The notes beneath the pieces are model-generated. The model made no database searches, was not told the origin of the DNA, and was given only the letters and a program-made list of their open reading frames with translations. DNA of 64,000 nt, from positions 64,001 through 128,000 of the forward strand of contig JAINCQ010000028.1 in NCBI GenBank assembly GCA_036574205.1. Reading direction: 5' to 3'. Position numbers and translations under genes: made by a program. The stretch is from Elusimicrobiota bacterium (GTDB lineage: Bacteria; Elusimicrobiota; Elusimicrobia; Elusimicrobiales; UBA9959). Below are positions 10,886-21,608 of the stretch, piece after piece (within the stretch, counting starts at the first letter, position 1; every line of letters begins with the position of its first letter).

Positions 10886-12134
10886 TTATGTAAATGGAAA
10901 TGATATCTCAACGACTGCTCCAGTTGAATCGTTATAAATTTTAAATTCTCCATTGTGTTGTTTAACTATATTATATGATGAATAAAGTCCAATCCCAAGT
11001 CCTTTTTCGTCTTGTCTAAAAGACTTAAATGGTTCTATTTTTTCAATTATTTCTTTTGGAAAGCCGGGTCCATTGTCTGAGATTTTAATTTTTAGGTTGT
11101 TCCCTGATTCCTCAATCAAAATTTTTATAACTCCATTTTTTTCAGGAAGAAATGATTTAGAGTTTATAAGAATGTTAAGCAACGCTCTGGTTATAAGAAG
11201 GGGATTTCCTTTTATATTTTTCCTCCTAGATTTATCCATAAATTCAATCTTTGCGCCGGCTAATTTTAAAGCCGGTTTAATTGTTTCAATTGCCTGGTTG
11301 ACTGGTTCAGTTATATTGATAATGGTCATATCGTAGGCGTTGGATTTTGCGGAGTTTATCGCGTAATAGATAAGATTGGCTGACATCTTAGAAGCATATT
11401 TTATTCTCAATATATCTTCTTTTGAAAATGTTTCATTTCTTTCAATGATTTCCATCGTGAGGTTTATGATTGTTAAAAAATTTTTTATATCATGCATTGA
11501 AGTTGAAATTAACTCTAATTTTTCCTCAATTTTAGGATTTTGAATTTCTGTTTCAAAATTTACTGCATTTGCCATAAGCGCTTCTATTTCTTTTTTTTTG
11601 GAAATCACCTCTTCTTCAAGCATATACTTTGCCTTTACCTCTTTGCATATTATATATCCCCCACCTATAACTATAAAGCCTTCAATAAAACATTTTCCAA
11701 CATTTACCAAATCTTTATATGGCTGGTTCATATACATAAAAAACATCCCCAGAGCGACCATAATAGAAATAATCCAGAAGTAAAAATATGTTCCTGTCAT
11801 AGAAACTGTAAATATTGGAAGGAGTAAAAGAACCCAGAAATAAGAGTCTAATTGTCCTGAAAGATTAATTATTGAAAATGCAAGAATAAGATTTGTTACG
11901 GATATTAAAATTATTGCAAGAGGATTTATGTATAATTTGTTATTCAAATATCTATTAGTTGCAAAATTAATTACCATCAAAAACATTAGCGGATATAGTA
12001 TTTTGGGGTAAATTATTTTGGGATTTGATTTAAAAAATAAAGCGATCGTAAAAATAAATACTGCAAATATAAGCTCATATTTATTTTTTTGAAAAATTTG
12101 GAATTGGATTGTTTATTTCCGGAAAAATTTTCAT
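10886..12134 (-). CDS. Membrane sensor histidine kinase; probable 1-nt frameshift in the A7 run at 12084-12090
   Basis: H box (MHDIKN), N box, DNGPG and GLGIGL. The frame stays open about 120 nt upstream of 11986. ATG at 12134 is preceded by TATAAT-N7 but is out of frame by one base. Confidence 0.75.
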
Positions 12135-12229
12135 CTATTATATTATAGTATTAAATAAAGAAAAAAATACATATGATGTAGATTGTTTTATTATTTCTTT
12201 CTATTTCGTAAAATAAAAGGCTCAAGAGT

Positions 12230-12594
12230 GGATATGGTCGTATACAGTTATCAAATTCAACATCTTCATTTGTTAAATTGAATGCTTCCTGGATTTTTGT
12301 AAGGTCCTTATTTCTTTCTTTCTAAAGTTCTTTGTCCGATACGAATTGGTCATAAAGATTAGAATTACCATTTAAGTAGTGAATTTTTATCCTGCTTTTT
12401 GAGAAGTTTCCGTTGATGTTCAGTAACATCCTTAGTCACTAATATCTCTTTTTTTCTGCTTGATACAATTCATCAGACAGTTTAGCTTCTAACTTAGCGA
12501 TCTCAGGTTTGCGTGCTATTTCACAATCTCTGCAAAGCATACCTCTGGCAGAAAAGGATAGTTTCTTAGCACACCTTTGACAAAATTTCATCAT
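12230..12594 (-). pseudogene. Degraded gene with N-terminal zinc-ribbon (CxxC...CxxC)
   Basis: MMKFCQRCAKKLSFSARGMLCRDCE..., then stops and frameshifts with protein-like text continuing in other frames. Confidence 0.4.
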
Positions 12595-12751
12595 TTTTTA
12601 TCACTTCCAATTTTTATAATACCCTGAAGTCAATTGCAGAAAAAGTTTTGCATGCTTGCGAAGTTCTCTTTAGGCAATTTAGTGACGCGTCGCAAACACG
12701 TTGCCATATACTATTGGTCGTTTATCATTATTGTCGAAAATTTTCCATCAT

Positions 12752-13525
12752 TTATTTGAATTTTGAAAAGTATTTATCTATTTCTGGCCTCAACTCTATT
12801 CCTACTCTTTCAAAACAATTCAGTAACTCCAAATAAGCGCCTTCCCCTCCCAGAAAATCCCAAAATTCCTCTGCAACCTTGAGTTCATTATCTAAATCCA
12901 GCATTCCTTTTAGTGTCCATCTTTCATAAGGTTTTGGTTCGTATGGATTGTAAGGAATGGCAACATACTAATGAATATTCGCATCTGGATATTTTGATAA
13001 ATAGATTGCTATCCATTCCATTAATGTCCGCTTAAAATCTTTAAAATTGCTAATATTAGGTTTAGCTGTTTTTAAATCGAACAGATGTATGCTTCCATCT
13101 TTACTTTTAACAAACAAATCTACTTTAACTGTTCTTAATTTATTAATCTTAACCTTTACGCAAACTTTCCTTATCCTTTCAATTTCCTCTGTTTTGTTTG
13201 GAGTTCTACCTGTTGTTAGTTCGTTTATGATATGTTGAATTTCATTTTGAGCCTCTTCACTTATCGTATCACCTACCACAAATTGTTTTTGTGCAACAGG
13301 AAATCTTAAACCTGCCAATGTTTCAGCCACAGGTTCAAAAATGGAAATACCAAAAGTGGTGTTTAGAGAATGGATAAAAGAAAATAACGCCATCCTATCA
13401 CGACCAAGTAGGCGATAATGAAATGGCATATTACTGGTTTCTGGTTTATATGTTAAAAATTTATTCCTTAGACTTTCTCTAATAGTATTTTCAACTTTTT
13501 TTATTTGTTCTTTTGTAAGAGCCAT
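12752..13525 (-). pseudogene. TdeIII/MjaII-family type II restriction endonuclease with in-frame TAG at 12968-12970
   Basis: FIHSLNTTFG..IFEPVA, VDLF, DLKTAKPN. After the TAG the frame continues YVAIPYNPYEPKPYERW...AEEFWDFLGGEGAY...FSKFK to TAA at 12752. Confidence 0.85.
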
Positions 13526-13528
13526 TTT

Positions 13529-15133
13529 TCATCTTTCCTTTAAATGAAATATTGATTCTGTGTAAGGAGTATTCCTATCTTTCTCCACTCTATTAAGGAC
13601 TGGCCTCTTGAATTGATTGACAATTTTCATCCCAGCCAATTCTGCAATCTTAGGATAAAGATGAAATTTATCATTAGCCACTAAAAAAATATCATAATCA
13701 TTTTGAAGATATTTCTTGCAATTTAGAAGAACCTCTGCTATGTTTCTACTATAAGAAATTCTTTGAGCTTCTCCCTGACCTTGGGATAGAGAGCCTATCT
13801 CTAAATCATCATTACGTTCAAATTCAAATATTTCATATGCATACGCATGTTGTTCGTGATAATCAATAAGTCCAACATAAGGTGGGCTTGAAAATATCCC
13901 TCTTATTTTTTGTCTTAATAACATTTCTGCAAACTCAGTGTCTCTTTTTTTAATTTCTTCGTAAATATTTATTGTCCTTGAGTCTCCGCATAAACAGACC
14001 TGAATTGTACCTGTTCTTAATTTATCAAATTCTTTAAGTCGATTTAGTGTATCTACTGTATAAAATTCCCACCATTTTGTGATAGAAAATATTGGTTTAC
14101 AAATTTTTCCATGCTTTTTGCAATAATATGGAGTAGTAACTGGTTCTTTTAGGGTAGCTAAATCTGCATGTGTCGTTGCTCTACAAGAGCGTACAGTTCT
14201 ACTTAAAACAATGGTTAAAACTTTCTTTACATCCATGTTATCTATCTTTTTTATTTCTTGTGCTAAGAAATCTATCTCTTTCCTTACAGGTTCTAAGAAC
14301 CACCTATCTAAAAAACTTTCATTTTTATCCTGTCTTATTTTGATATGATACCTTTGAATCAACTCATTATAAATAGTAAGAAACTCTTTTTCTTTCTCTT
14401 TGGAGTATTCATCTTCATTGATTGTTCTACTGGCAACTTTCCTTTTATATTCTGGCGATGGAAAATATTTAATGTTAAATTTTGCAAGTTCTGATAGTAA
14501 ATGTTCTTCAAAAATAATATTTTTTTTATTCTTCTGAAAGTCTTTTAATTTTGAAGTTAATTTGTGAATTGTGTCTGCAATTAAAATTAAATTATGCTTT
14601 TCAACTTTTACATTAGAAATTAAAACATTGAAAGAAGAAATATCTATTCCAATGGCATGCATTCCTAATTCGTTTGCCTGAACTAATGTTGTTCCACTTC
14701 CACAAAAAGGGTCTAATACTATATCACCTTTATGAAAGTATATCTCTTTCTTATACTCATCCGTGTGAGAATCAAGGAAATACTCTACTAATTGAGGAAT
14801 AAATTTACCCTTATAAAGATGTAACCTATGAACATGTTTTGTCCTTTCTGCTTCCTTATATTGGACAAATGAGATATGCCAATTAACATCTTCTCCTAAT
14901 ACCTTTTTCCAATCTTTTTCCCTAGAAAAAGAATCATAATAATTTTTTAATTCCTCTATATCTATGAGAGGATTCCCATCAGATCCATATCTTTTTATTC
15001 TTCCGTATTGAATTAGATAAGATATATTTGAAAGGGTAACTTTGCGACCTGTATATTGAGAAGCCAAAATACTTGCCTCTTTTAAATTAATCAATTTCTT
15101 ATCTTCTTCTCTAAAAGATGTAAATTGGTTCAT
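13529..15133 (-). CDS. N4-cytosine DNA methyltransferase with N-terminal HTH-like extension
   Basis: HRLHLYKGKFIPQLV, DPFCGSGTT, FSSPPY; directly upstream of the REase. Confidence 0.9.
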   Translation of the reverse strand: MNQFTSFREEDKKLINLKEASILASQYTGRKVTLSNISYLIQYGRIKRYGSDGNPLIDIEELKNYYDSFSREKDWKKVLGEDVNWHISFVQYKEAERTKHVHRLHLYKGKFIPQLVEYFLDSHTDEYKKEIYFHKGDIVLDPFCGSGTTLVQANELGMHAIGIDISSFNVLISNVKVEKHNLILIADTIHKLTSKLKDFQKNKKNIIFEEHLLSELAKFNIKYFPSPEYKRKVASRTINEDEYSKEKEKEFLTIYNELIQRYHIKIRQDKNESFLDRWFLEPVRKEIDFLAQEIKKIDNMDVKKVLTIVLSRTVRSCRATTHADLATLKEPVTTPYYCKKHGKICKPIFSITKWWEFYTVDTLNRLKEFDKLRTGTIQVCLCGDSRTINIYEEIKKRDTEFAEMLLRQKIRGIFSSPPYVGLIDYHEQHAYAYEIFEFERNDDLEIGSLSQGQGEAQRISYSRNIAEVLLNCKKYLQNDYDIFLVANDKFHLYPKIAELAGMKIVNQFKRPVLNRVEKDRNTPYTESIFHLKER

Positions 15134-15343
15134 TGCTTAACTTCTCCCTTTTTGTCTTTTGCTATTTAATTTTGCCAATAACAGCTTGATAAACTTTTCT
15201 TCTTTTTTCAAGCGACCAATTGCGTATAACTCGTTCATATCCGAATCAGTTTCGGATATACCATTGATTTTGGGGTGATATCCAAAGCAGTTTAGATACT
15301 CCGAATGTAGCTAATCCCTTTAACTTGGAATATACTCTTTTCG

Positions 15344-15417
15344 TGGGCCCGGTAGGACTTGAACCTACGACCCATCCGTTATGAGCGGATTGCTCTGACC
15401 GACTGAGCTACGGGCCC
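15344..15417 (-). tRNA. tRNA with CAT anticodon, most likely Ile2 (lysidine); CCA not encoded
   Basis: GGGCCCGTAGCTCAGTCGGTCAGAGCAATCCGCTCATAACGGATGGGTCGTAGGTTCAAGTCCTACCGGGCCCA. The paired 1:72 excludes fMet; C4:G69 and C5:G68 fit TilS substrates. Confidence 0.9.
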
Positions 15418-15487
15418 TGATAACTATATTATATTTTTTTTGAAAACAAATTCAAAATAAATTATATATATTTGCAAACTTTTATCT

Positions 15488-15530
15488 TTATCCACAGTTT
15501 AACCACGGTCGTGTAAAAGTAGTGGATGTT
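15488..15530. repeat. Terminal module of the dispersed repeat (TTATCCACA...GTGGATGTT)
   Basis: Matches 6966-7008 with 2 substitutions. Confidence 0.85.
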
Positions 15531-15682
15531 ATTTTTATGAGATTATGGAAATTTATCTAATATTTTCTATTTTGCTTGCAATCTTAATCATATAGTTTAG
15601 AAAGGATAAAAATTTTTTTCATAAATAAAATATAAAGAATCTCCTAAAGACAGTTTTTTAGTAGTGTTAAAAGCCAATTTAG

Positions 15683-16936
15683 TTAGAGTTTTTCAATAGA
15701 CCCTAAATAGTTTCTAAGATCCTTCCAGAAGGAGGAATAAGTTTTTGACACAGAATCTTTATCTTTTATTTTAATTTCTGGATTATTGATTATTTTAAGT
15801 AAGCCACCAATCATTGCAACTCTATGGTCTTTTTGTGGATCAAGGCTTTTGATTTTTTTAAAATCAGATGGTCCAATTATAGTTAACTTATTTTTGGTTC
15901 TTTTAACCCTAACTCCAAGTTTTTTAAGAATTAAAAATATATTTGAAAATCTGTCAGATTCTTTGTTTTTTAAAAGGTTTATATGGTGTATTTCGCTCTT
16001 CCCCTTAGCTTTTGCCATAATAAGGGCAAGTGGCATAATCTCATCTATCATAGTAGTTATATCTTCTTTTATAACTATTGGTTTTAAGTTTTTTGGTGGT
16101 TTTATATGTATATCTGCTATTGGTTCATTTGATATAACTTTTTTGTTTTTAAACAAAATCTTTGCCCCCATTTCAGATATTGCTTTTAAAAATCCAATTC
16201 TTTTAGGGTTAATACCACAGTTTTTAATAACTATTTCTTTTTTTAATAACAAAGCTATTGTAATAAAAACAGCAGCCTGTGATATATCCCCTGGAACTTC
16301 TATATTTTTCGGAGTTAATTTATTTTTGGTAATGTAAATACTTTTTCCGGCTTTATGTGTAGTTATTCCAAACACTTTTAAAATCCTTTCCGTATGGTCT
16401 CTTGTTAAAAAAGTTTCTTTTATTTTTATAGGACCGGAATATAATGATGCTATTAATAAAGCAGATTTTGTCTGAGCTGAACTGGTTTTAAAATTTAGGG
16501 GTTTTAAAATTGATGGATATGTTTGAATCGGTAACTTAAAATTATTATGTTTTATTTTAGCCCCCATTTTTTTAAAAATCAGTATATCCTGTTTAAAACT
16601 TCTTCTTAAAATAGTCTTTTGTCCATTTATTTTATAGGGAAATTTTTGATTTAAAAGAATTGGAAGCAAAAGTCTTAATAGAAGAGCAGATTCTCCAACG
16701 TTTATTTGAGCTTTTTTAGCACCATATTTGCCGAACCCTTTTATCTCAATAGATTTTGAGTTTATTTTTATTTTAGCTCCAAGTCTCCTGAGATTTTTTA
16801 TTGTATTTAATGAGTCCTCTGATATAAGCGGATTTAAAATTTTTATTTTTTTATCTGAAAGCGATGAAAGAACAAGATCTCTTATTGTTATTGATTTATC
16901 TGGAGGGGGGATGTATATTATTTTATTTTTCATCAT
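15683..16936 (-). CDS. aroA: EPSP synthase
   Basis: PDKSIT, SAQTKSALL, RDHTER, IDE, KESDR, DHRVAM. Confidence 0.9.
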   Translation of the reverse strand: MMKNKIIYIPPPDKSITIRDLVLSSLSDKKIKILNPLISEDSLNTIKNLRRLGAKIKINSKSIEIKGFGKYGAKKAQINVGESALLLRLLLPILLNQKFPYKINGQKTILRRSFKQDILIFKKMGAKIKHNNFKLPIQTYPSILKPLNFKTSSAQTKSALLIASLYSGPIKIKETFLTRDHTERILKVFGITTHKAGKSIYITKNKLTPKNIEVPGDISQAAVFITIALLLKKEIVIKNCGINPKRIGFLKAISEMGAKILFKNKKVISNEPIADIHIKPPKNLKPIVIKEDITTMIDEIMPLALIMAKAKGKSEIHHINLLKNKESDRFSNIFLILKKLGVRVKRTKNKLTIIGPSDFKKIKSLDPQKDHRVAMIGGLLKIINNPEIKIKDKDSVSKTYSSFWKDLRNYLGSIEKL

Positions 16937-17372
16937 CCGTATTAATCTTCAAACAGAAATCTATTGCTTTTAAATAAGAGTTTATGCCTTCACCCAAAAA
17001 AGTTTTGATACAGACATCTTTTACGACGGATTTTCTTCTAAATTTTTCGCGTTTATTGATATCTGAAAGGTGAACCTCTATTGTTGGAATTCCGCATGCT
17101 TTTATGCAATCCCTTATAGCATAGCTATAATGGGTAAATGCCGCGGGGTTTATTATTATAAAATCCGCCCAGTTCATTTGTTTTGTTATTAAATCTATTA
17201 TCTCGCCTTCATAATTTGATTGATATATTTTTATCAAAACATTTTTAGACTTTGCATAACTTTTTAATTTTTTATTTACTTCTTTAAGCGAAAGCTTGCC
17301 ATATATTTCTGGTTCCCTTTTACCAAGGAGGTGGAGATTAGGACCGTGTATGATTAATATTTTTTTTCGCAT
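16923..17372 (-). CDS. aroQ: Type II 3-dehydroquinate dehydratase
   Basis: HGPNLHLLGKREPEIYG, INPAAFTHYS, EVHLS, REKFR. Confidence 0.95.
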   Translation of the reverse strand: MRKKILIIHGPNLHLLGKREPEIYGKLSLKEVNKKLKSYAKSKNVLIKIYQSNYEGEIIDLITKQMNWADFIIINPAAFTHYSYAIRDCIKACGIPTIEVHLSDINKREKFRRKSVVKDVCIKTFLGEGINSYLKAIDFCLKINTDDEK

Positions 17373-18397
17373 AACTCCTCATATGTTTTTGATAATATTG
17401 AAGGATCAATGTTTATAGCAGGTTTAATTTTCTTTTTCTTTAATACAAGAAAATAATTATTAGATCCTTTATTTTTCTTATCATAAGTTATTAATTCAGA
17501 AAATCTTTTAAAGTCAGATTTTTTAAAAGGAAATGCTGGCTCATAGATTTTGAATATTTCGCTAAATTTCTCCTTTTTATAGTTTATAAGTCCTAAATTT
17601 TTTGATAAAAGTACTTCATATATAACACCATAATATACTGCATCGCCATGAGAAATGTCATATAACTTTTCAAAAGCATGAGCGGGAGTATGTCCGAAAT
17701 TTAGAATTTCTCGCTTTCCATTTGAATCAAAAGGGTCTTTCTGGACTATATCGGTTTTAAATTTGACACATAAATTTATGGAAGATTTAATTGCCTGTGG
17801 ATTTTTAGTTATTACTGATGGCAGAAGTTTTTTTAGTTTTTCTGATGTTTTTTGTGGGGTTATTAAGATGTATTTTACCATCTCGCCTATCCCGTTAAAA
17901 AAAGTTTTATTTTGTTTTAAGGGAAATTCCCAGTCTATGAGGACAAGCACCGGAAAATGAAAAGTGCCTAAAAGATTTTTAATTCCATTAAAATCTATTG
18001 CAGTTTTCCCGCCGATAGAGGCATCTATCTGTGAAAGAAATGTGGTTGGGACAGATATCCATCTGATTCCACGCATATAAAGCGAAGAGGCAAGGCCGAC
18101 TATATCTGAAACCTTCCCGCCGCCAAATGCAAGAACAATAGAGTTTCTTGTTAATTTATTTTTGGCAAAAAAATTTAAAATACTTGAAAGCTCAGAAAGA
18201 TTTTTGTTGCTAAGAGGTTGTAATTCAAAAACTGGATATGAGTTAATTTTTCTTTTTAAAAAAGGTTTTGCCATTGAATCTGCTACAATAACAAGTTTAT
18301 CGTAATCTAAATCTGATAGTTCTTTTTTCAAATTCAGGTTCTCTAAAATTTTTATAAAAGAGTGTGTTGTTCTCTTAATTTTTAGTTTAATTTCCAT
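17354..18397 (-). CDS. aroB: 3-dehydroquinate synthase
   Basis: GGGKVSD, PTTFLSQIDASIGGKT, KNLLG, LNFGHT, HGDAV. Confidence 0.95.
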   Translation of the reverse strand: MEIKLKIKRTTHSFIKILENLNLKKELSDLDYDKLVIVADSMAKPFLKRKINSYPVFELQPLSNKNLSELSSILNFFAKNKLTRNSIVLAFGGGKVSDIVGLASSLYMRGIRWISVPTTFLSQIDASIGGKTAIDFNGIKNLLGTFHFPVLVLIDWEFPLKQNKTFFNGIGEMVKYILITPQKTSEKLKKLLPSVITKNPQAIKSSINLCVKFKTDIVQKDPFDSNGKREILNFGHTPAHAFEKLYDISHGDAVYYGVIYEVLLSKNLGLINYKKEKFSEIFKIYEPAFPFKKSDFKRFSELITYDKKNKGSNNYFLVLKKKKIKPAINIDPSILSKTYEELCEKKY

Positions 18398-18905
18398 AAT
18401 ATGCGGCTTTTATTTTATTAGTTATTTCCCTCAATTTTATTTCTTTTATTGTGATAAGAGCTTTTGAGTATTTTTTTAATCTTTTCTTATAAAGCGTAAT
18501 TATCTTTTTTTTGGTTTCAGGATATCCTGTTAATAATGGGCGTGTGTTTTTGTTTTTTAAAAACCTTTTCTCAAGAATCTCAAATGGTGGATTTAAAAAG
18601 ATTTCAAGCGCTTGTGGTTTTTTTGTTGGGAAGAATCCTCCTCCCGTGGCTATAACACAGTTTTCCTCTTTCAGAATTTTTGAAAAAATTTTTTTCTCAA
18701 TCTTTCTAAAATTGGTGAATCCATATCTTTTAGTAAAATCTGATATTCTTCCATGTATTTTTTCAAACTCAGTATCAATGTCATAAAATTTAAGCCCTAA
18801 TTTTTTTGAAATAGATTTTGCCACTGTAGTTTTCCCTGAGCACATAAAACCGTATAATATTATCTTTTTATATTTTGAAGTTTTTTTAGTGTTTGTCTTT
18901 TCCAT
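18387..18905 (-). CDS. aroK: Shikimate kinase
   Basis: GFMCSGKTT, DID, FR..E, ATGGG, RPLL. Confidence 0.9.
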   Translation of the reverse strand: MEKTNTKKTSKYKKIILYGFMCSGKTTVAKSISKKLGLKFYDIDTEFEKIHGRISDFTKRYGFTNFRKIEKKIFSKILKEENCVIATGGGFFPTKKPQALEIFLNPPFEILEKRFLKNKNTRPLLTGYPETKKKIITLYKKRLKKYSKALITIKEIKLREITNKIKAAYYGN

Positions 18906-19879
18906 ATATTGAATGCTCTTTTTATTTCATTGAAATTTTCATTGCCAAATTTTAACATTATCTCATTTGCCAGTGTATATGAAACAACATGTTCACAGAT
19001 TATGGCAGCTGCAAAAACTGAGGTTATATCACTTGTTTGTGATGATAGTTTTAGTTTCTTTTTAGTTTTAAGGTCATAGCTAATTACTTCTTTTTTAATA
19101 GAAGCCAGAGGTCTTGTTGCGGCTCTTATGATAATATCGTTCCCATCAGTTATGCCAGCTTCAATTCCCCCCAGAACAGCCGGATGCTTTATAACCTCAG
19201 TAACTTCCTTCTGACTTAATTTAAACCCATCTCCAAACTCAATGCCTTTTATTGAGCCAATTGTTAAAATTGCTGATGCAAGTTTTGAAGAGATTCTATC
19301 TTCACCCTGTGAAAAACCGCCAACTCCAGCCGGAAAGTTTTTTACTCTTATTTCAAAAACACCGCCAAAACTCAAACCTCTTTCTTCAAAATTCTTTATT
19401 ATACTCTCAAATTTTTTATTATCATTTTCTCCATAACAGGATATAACCTTTGATTCTACTTTTATTCCAAGAAGTTCAATAAATCTTTTTGTAAAAGAGA
19501 ATATGGCAACTCTTGCCGCAGTTTCCCGCGCAGATGATCTTTCCTTTATTATTTCTGCGTTATAATGGGAATATTTAATCATACCCGCAAGTTCACTATG
19601 GGTGGGGGTGAAGTAAGAATGCGGTTGGATTTGAGAGGGATTTGAATTTTCAATTAAAATCCCTATAGGCATTCCGGTTGTTATCCCGTTTTTAACCCCG
19701 CTTATAATTTCAAATTTGTCTGTTTCAGATTTCTGTCTTATTCCCCTTCCAGGACATTCTCTCCTTCTTTTAAGTTCATTGGCTATATACTGAGGGGTTA
19801 TCCTTACACCATAAGGAAAACCATCAAGGATTGCAACAAGAAATTTTCCATGAGAATCTCCTGCTGTTAGATACTTCAT
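18860..19879 (-). CDS. aroC: Chorismate synthase (divergent)
   Basis: TAGDSHG, ERSSARETAARVA, KGIEFGDGF, GGIEAGITDG. Confidence 0.85.
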   Translation of the reverse strand: MKYLTAGDSHGKFLVAILDGFPYGVRITPQYIANELKRRRECPGRGIRQKSETDKFEIISGVKNGITTGMPIGILIENSNPSQIQPHSYFTPTHSELAGMIKYSHYNAEIIKERSSARETAARVAIFSFTKRFIELLGIKVESKVISCYGENDNKKFESIIKNFEERGLSFGGVFEIRVKNFPAGVGGFSQGEDRISSKLASAILTIGSIKGIEFGDGFKLSQKEVTEVIKHPAVLGGIEAGITDGNDIIIRAATRPLASIKKEVISYDLKTKKKLKLSSQTSDITSVFAAAIICEHVVSYTLANEIMLKFGNENFNEIKRAFNIWKRQTLKKLQNIKR

Positions 19880-20667
19880 AAATTCCTCTTTAAATATTTT
19901 ATAAGTTTTCTATTTATATTTGAAACTAAAATTCCTGTGATAAATTTAAATCCCTCAATTGCTTGTTGGACTAAAATTTCAATGCCGTCTATATAATTTA
20001 TTTTTTTCTTTTTTGCTTCACAAATTATATTGGTATCATTTTTATCATAAGCCCAGTCTACTAAAAGAGATAAGTTTTTAAAGTTTATATTGAGAGTATC
20101 ATTTGAATACATCCCTATTGGTGTCGCATTTATAAATATATCATATTCTTTTTCGCATTTATTGAATCCAAAAACCTCAAACTTAAACTTCTTGCCAAAT
20201 TTTTTACACATAGCCTTTGCTTTTTTTTCATTTCTTGCTGATATAAAAATTTTTTTTACGCCCATTTCACCAAGCGCTTTAATTGATGCTCTTGCAGATC
20301 CTCCACAGCCTGCTATAAGAGCTGTCTTGCCTTTAATCTTGTATCGGCTGATTAGTTTTTTGAAAGCAAGATAGTCAGTATTTATCCCGAAAGCTTTTGA
20401 ATCCCTTATCTTTACACAGTTTATAGCGCCAATTTTTTTAGATAACGGTTTAATAGATGGGTGTTTAAATAGCTGTTCTTTAAATGGTATAGTTATAAAA
20501 AATCCATCATATCCATTTCCAATTATCTCATTAACTAATTCTTGACAATTTTTAGTCTCAAAAAGGGTAAATTTTAATTTAATTTTTTTCTCTCTTGCAA
20601 TATATTCAAATATTTTTTTAGAAAGTGATTTTGAAAGTGGATATCCCAGCAGTCCCAGTTTTATCAT
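19876..20667 (-). CDS. aroE: Shikimate dehydrogenase
   Basis: GYPLSKSLS, TIPFK, GAIN, NTD, GCGGSARA, NATPIGM. Confidence 0.9.
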   Translation of the reverse strand: MIKLGLLGYPLSKSLSKKIFEYIAREKKIKLKFTLFETKNCQELVNEIIGNGYDGFFITIPFKEQLFKHPSIKPLSKKIGAINCVKIRDSKAFGINTDYLAFKKLISRYKIKGKTALIAGCGGSARASIKALGEMGVKKIFISARNEKKAKAMCKKFGKKFKFEVFGFNKCEKEYDIFINATPIGMYSNDTLNINFKNLSLLVDWAYDKNDTNIICEAKKKKINYIDGIEILVQQAIEGFKFITGILVSNINRKLIKYLKRNL

Positions 20668-21608
20668 CTGATTATATTCATTACCTTTTTAAATGTTTCT
20701 ATATCTATTATCTGTTTTGTGTCTATTAGCGATTTTTCCGGGGTTATGCTTGTTTCAACCATAACTCCATCAGATATTCCTGCCGTTTTAGCTGCAAAGT
20801 TTATAACTTTTTTCCTGTCTTTTGCGCTATGGCTTAAATCGGCGATTATTGGTATTTTCAACTCTTTTTTTATTCTTTTTATTATCTCTAAATTTATTGA
20901 TGCAATCCCATCTGAAAGATTATCTCCCCTTTCACATAAAATTATTTTCTTTGCGCCATATTTTAAAATATATTCAGCGGAATATAAAAATTCTCTTAAA
21001 TTAGATTTTGGCTGCCTTTTTAAAAGAACCGGTAAACCTGAAGCTGCTGCTTCTTTTAAAAGCACATAGTTTTTCATATTTCTTGCGCCTATCTGGATTA
21101 TATCGCATACTCCTGTTAATTTATCAATAACTCTATAATCCATAACTTCCATCACAAATGGGACTTTTAATTTTTTTCTTGCCTCTTTTAATTTTGAAAT
21201 TCCTTTTTTACCAAACCCTTCCCATCCATAGGGTGAGCTCCTTGGCTTAAACAAAGGCGCCCTTATAGCGTCAACTCCAAGTTTTTTAAGTTCAAAGCCA
21301 GTTTTAATGAAGATATCCCAGTCATCTATAACACATGGCCCTGCTATAATAATTTTTTTTAGCGGGTTTATCGGATACTTAAAACGATATTTATATGAAT
21401 AGACAAGTGGAAGCAGTTCATGGTTTTTAGCTTCTATTTTTTTAACTCCCTTTATATTTTCAAGTCTTGGGAAAATATTATAAACATATCCTGCTTTAAA
21501 GTTTTTCACTAAAAATTCACGGTTTTTATGTATTAAAATTAATTTGGGATCTATTTTTTTAATTTCCTCTGCTATCTTTTTCGGATTCCCATAAAATGTT
21601 ATTCTCAT
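20664..21608 (-). CDS. aroF: DAHP synthase, class I-beta
   Basis: IAGPC, FKPRSSPY, QIGARNM, LKR, CERG, DLSH; operon context. Confidence 0.85.
   Translation of the reverse strand: MRITFYGNPKKIAEEIKKIDPKLILIHKNREFLVKNFKAGYVYNIFPRLENIKGVKKIEAKNHELLPLVYSYKYRFKYPINPLKKIIIAGPCVIDDWDIFIKTGFELKKLGVDAIRAPLFKPRSSPYGWEGFGKKGISKLKEARKKLKVPFVMEVMDYRVIDKLTGVCDIIQIGARNMKNYVLLKEAAASGLPVLLKRQPKSNLREFLYSAEYILKYGAKKIILCERGDNLSDGIASINLEIIKRIKKELKIPIIADLSHSAKDRKKVINFAAKTAGISDGVMVETSITPEKSLIDTKQIIDIETFKKVMNIIR

Noticed and set aside
99..12970. Genome-wide TAG reassignment (code 15 or pyrrolysine)
   Set aside because: The three internal TAGs imply different residues; TAG is a plausible true stop at 48936 and 60093; no suppressor tRNA or pyl genes are in the window.
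12630..15330. Degenerate integron attC-like sites flanking the RM pair (GTTATACG, GTTATTGG on the minus strand)
   Set aside because: No clear paired R''/R' boxes and no integrase; IntegronFinder would be needed.
15786..16337. 183-aa and other antisense ORFs inside identified genes
   Set aside because: Shadow ORFs opposite well-supported genes, with no motifs.
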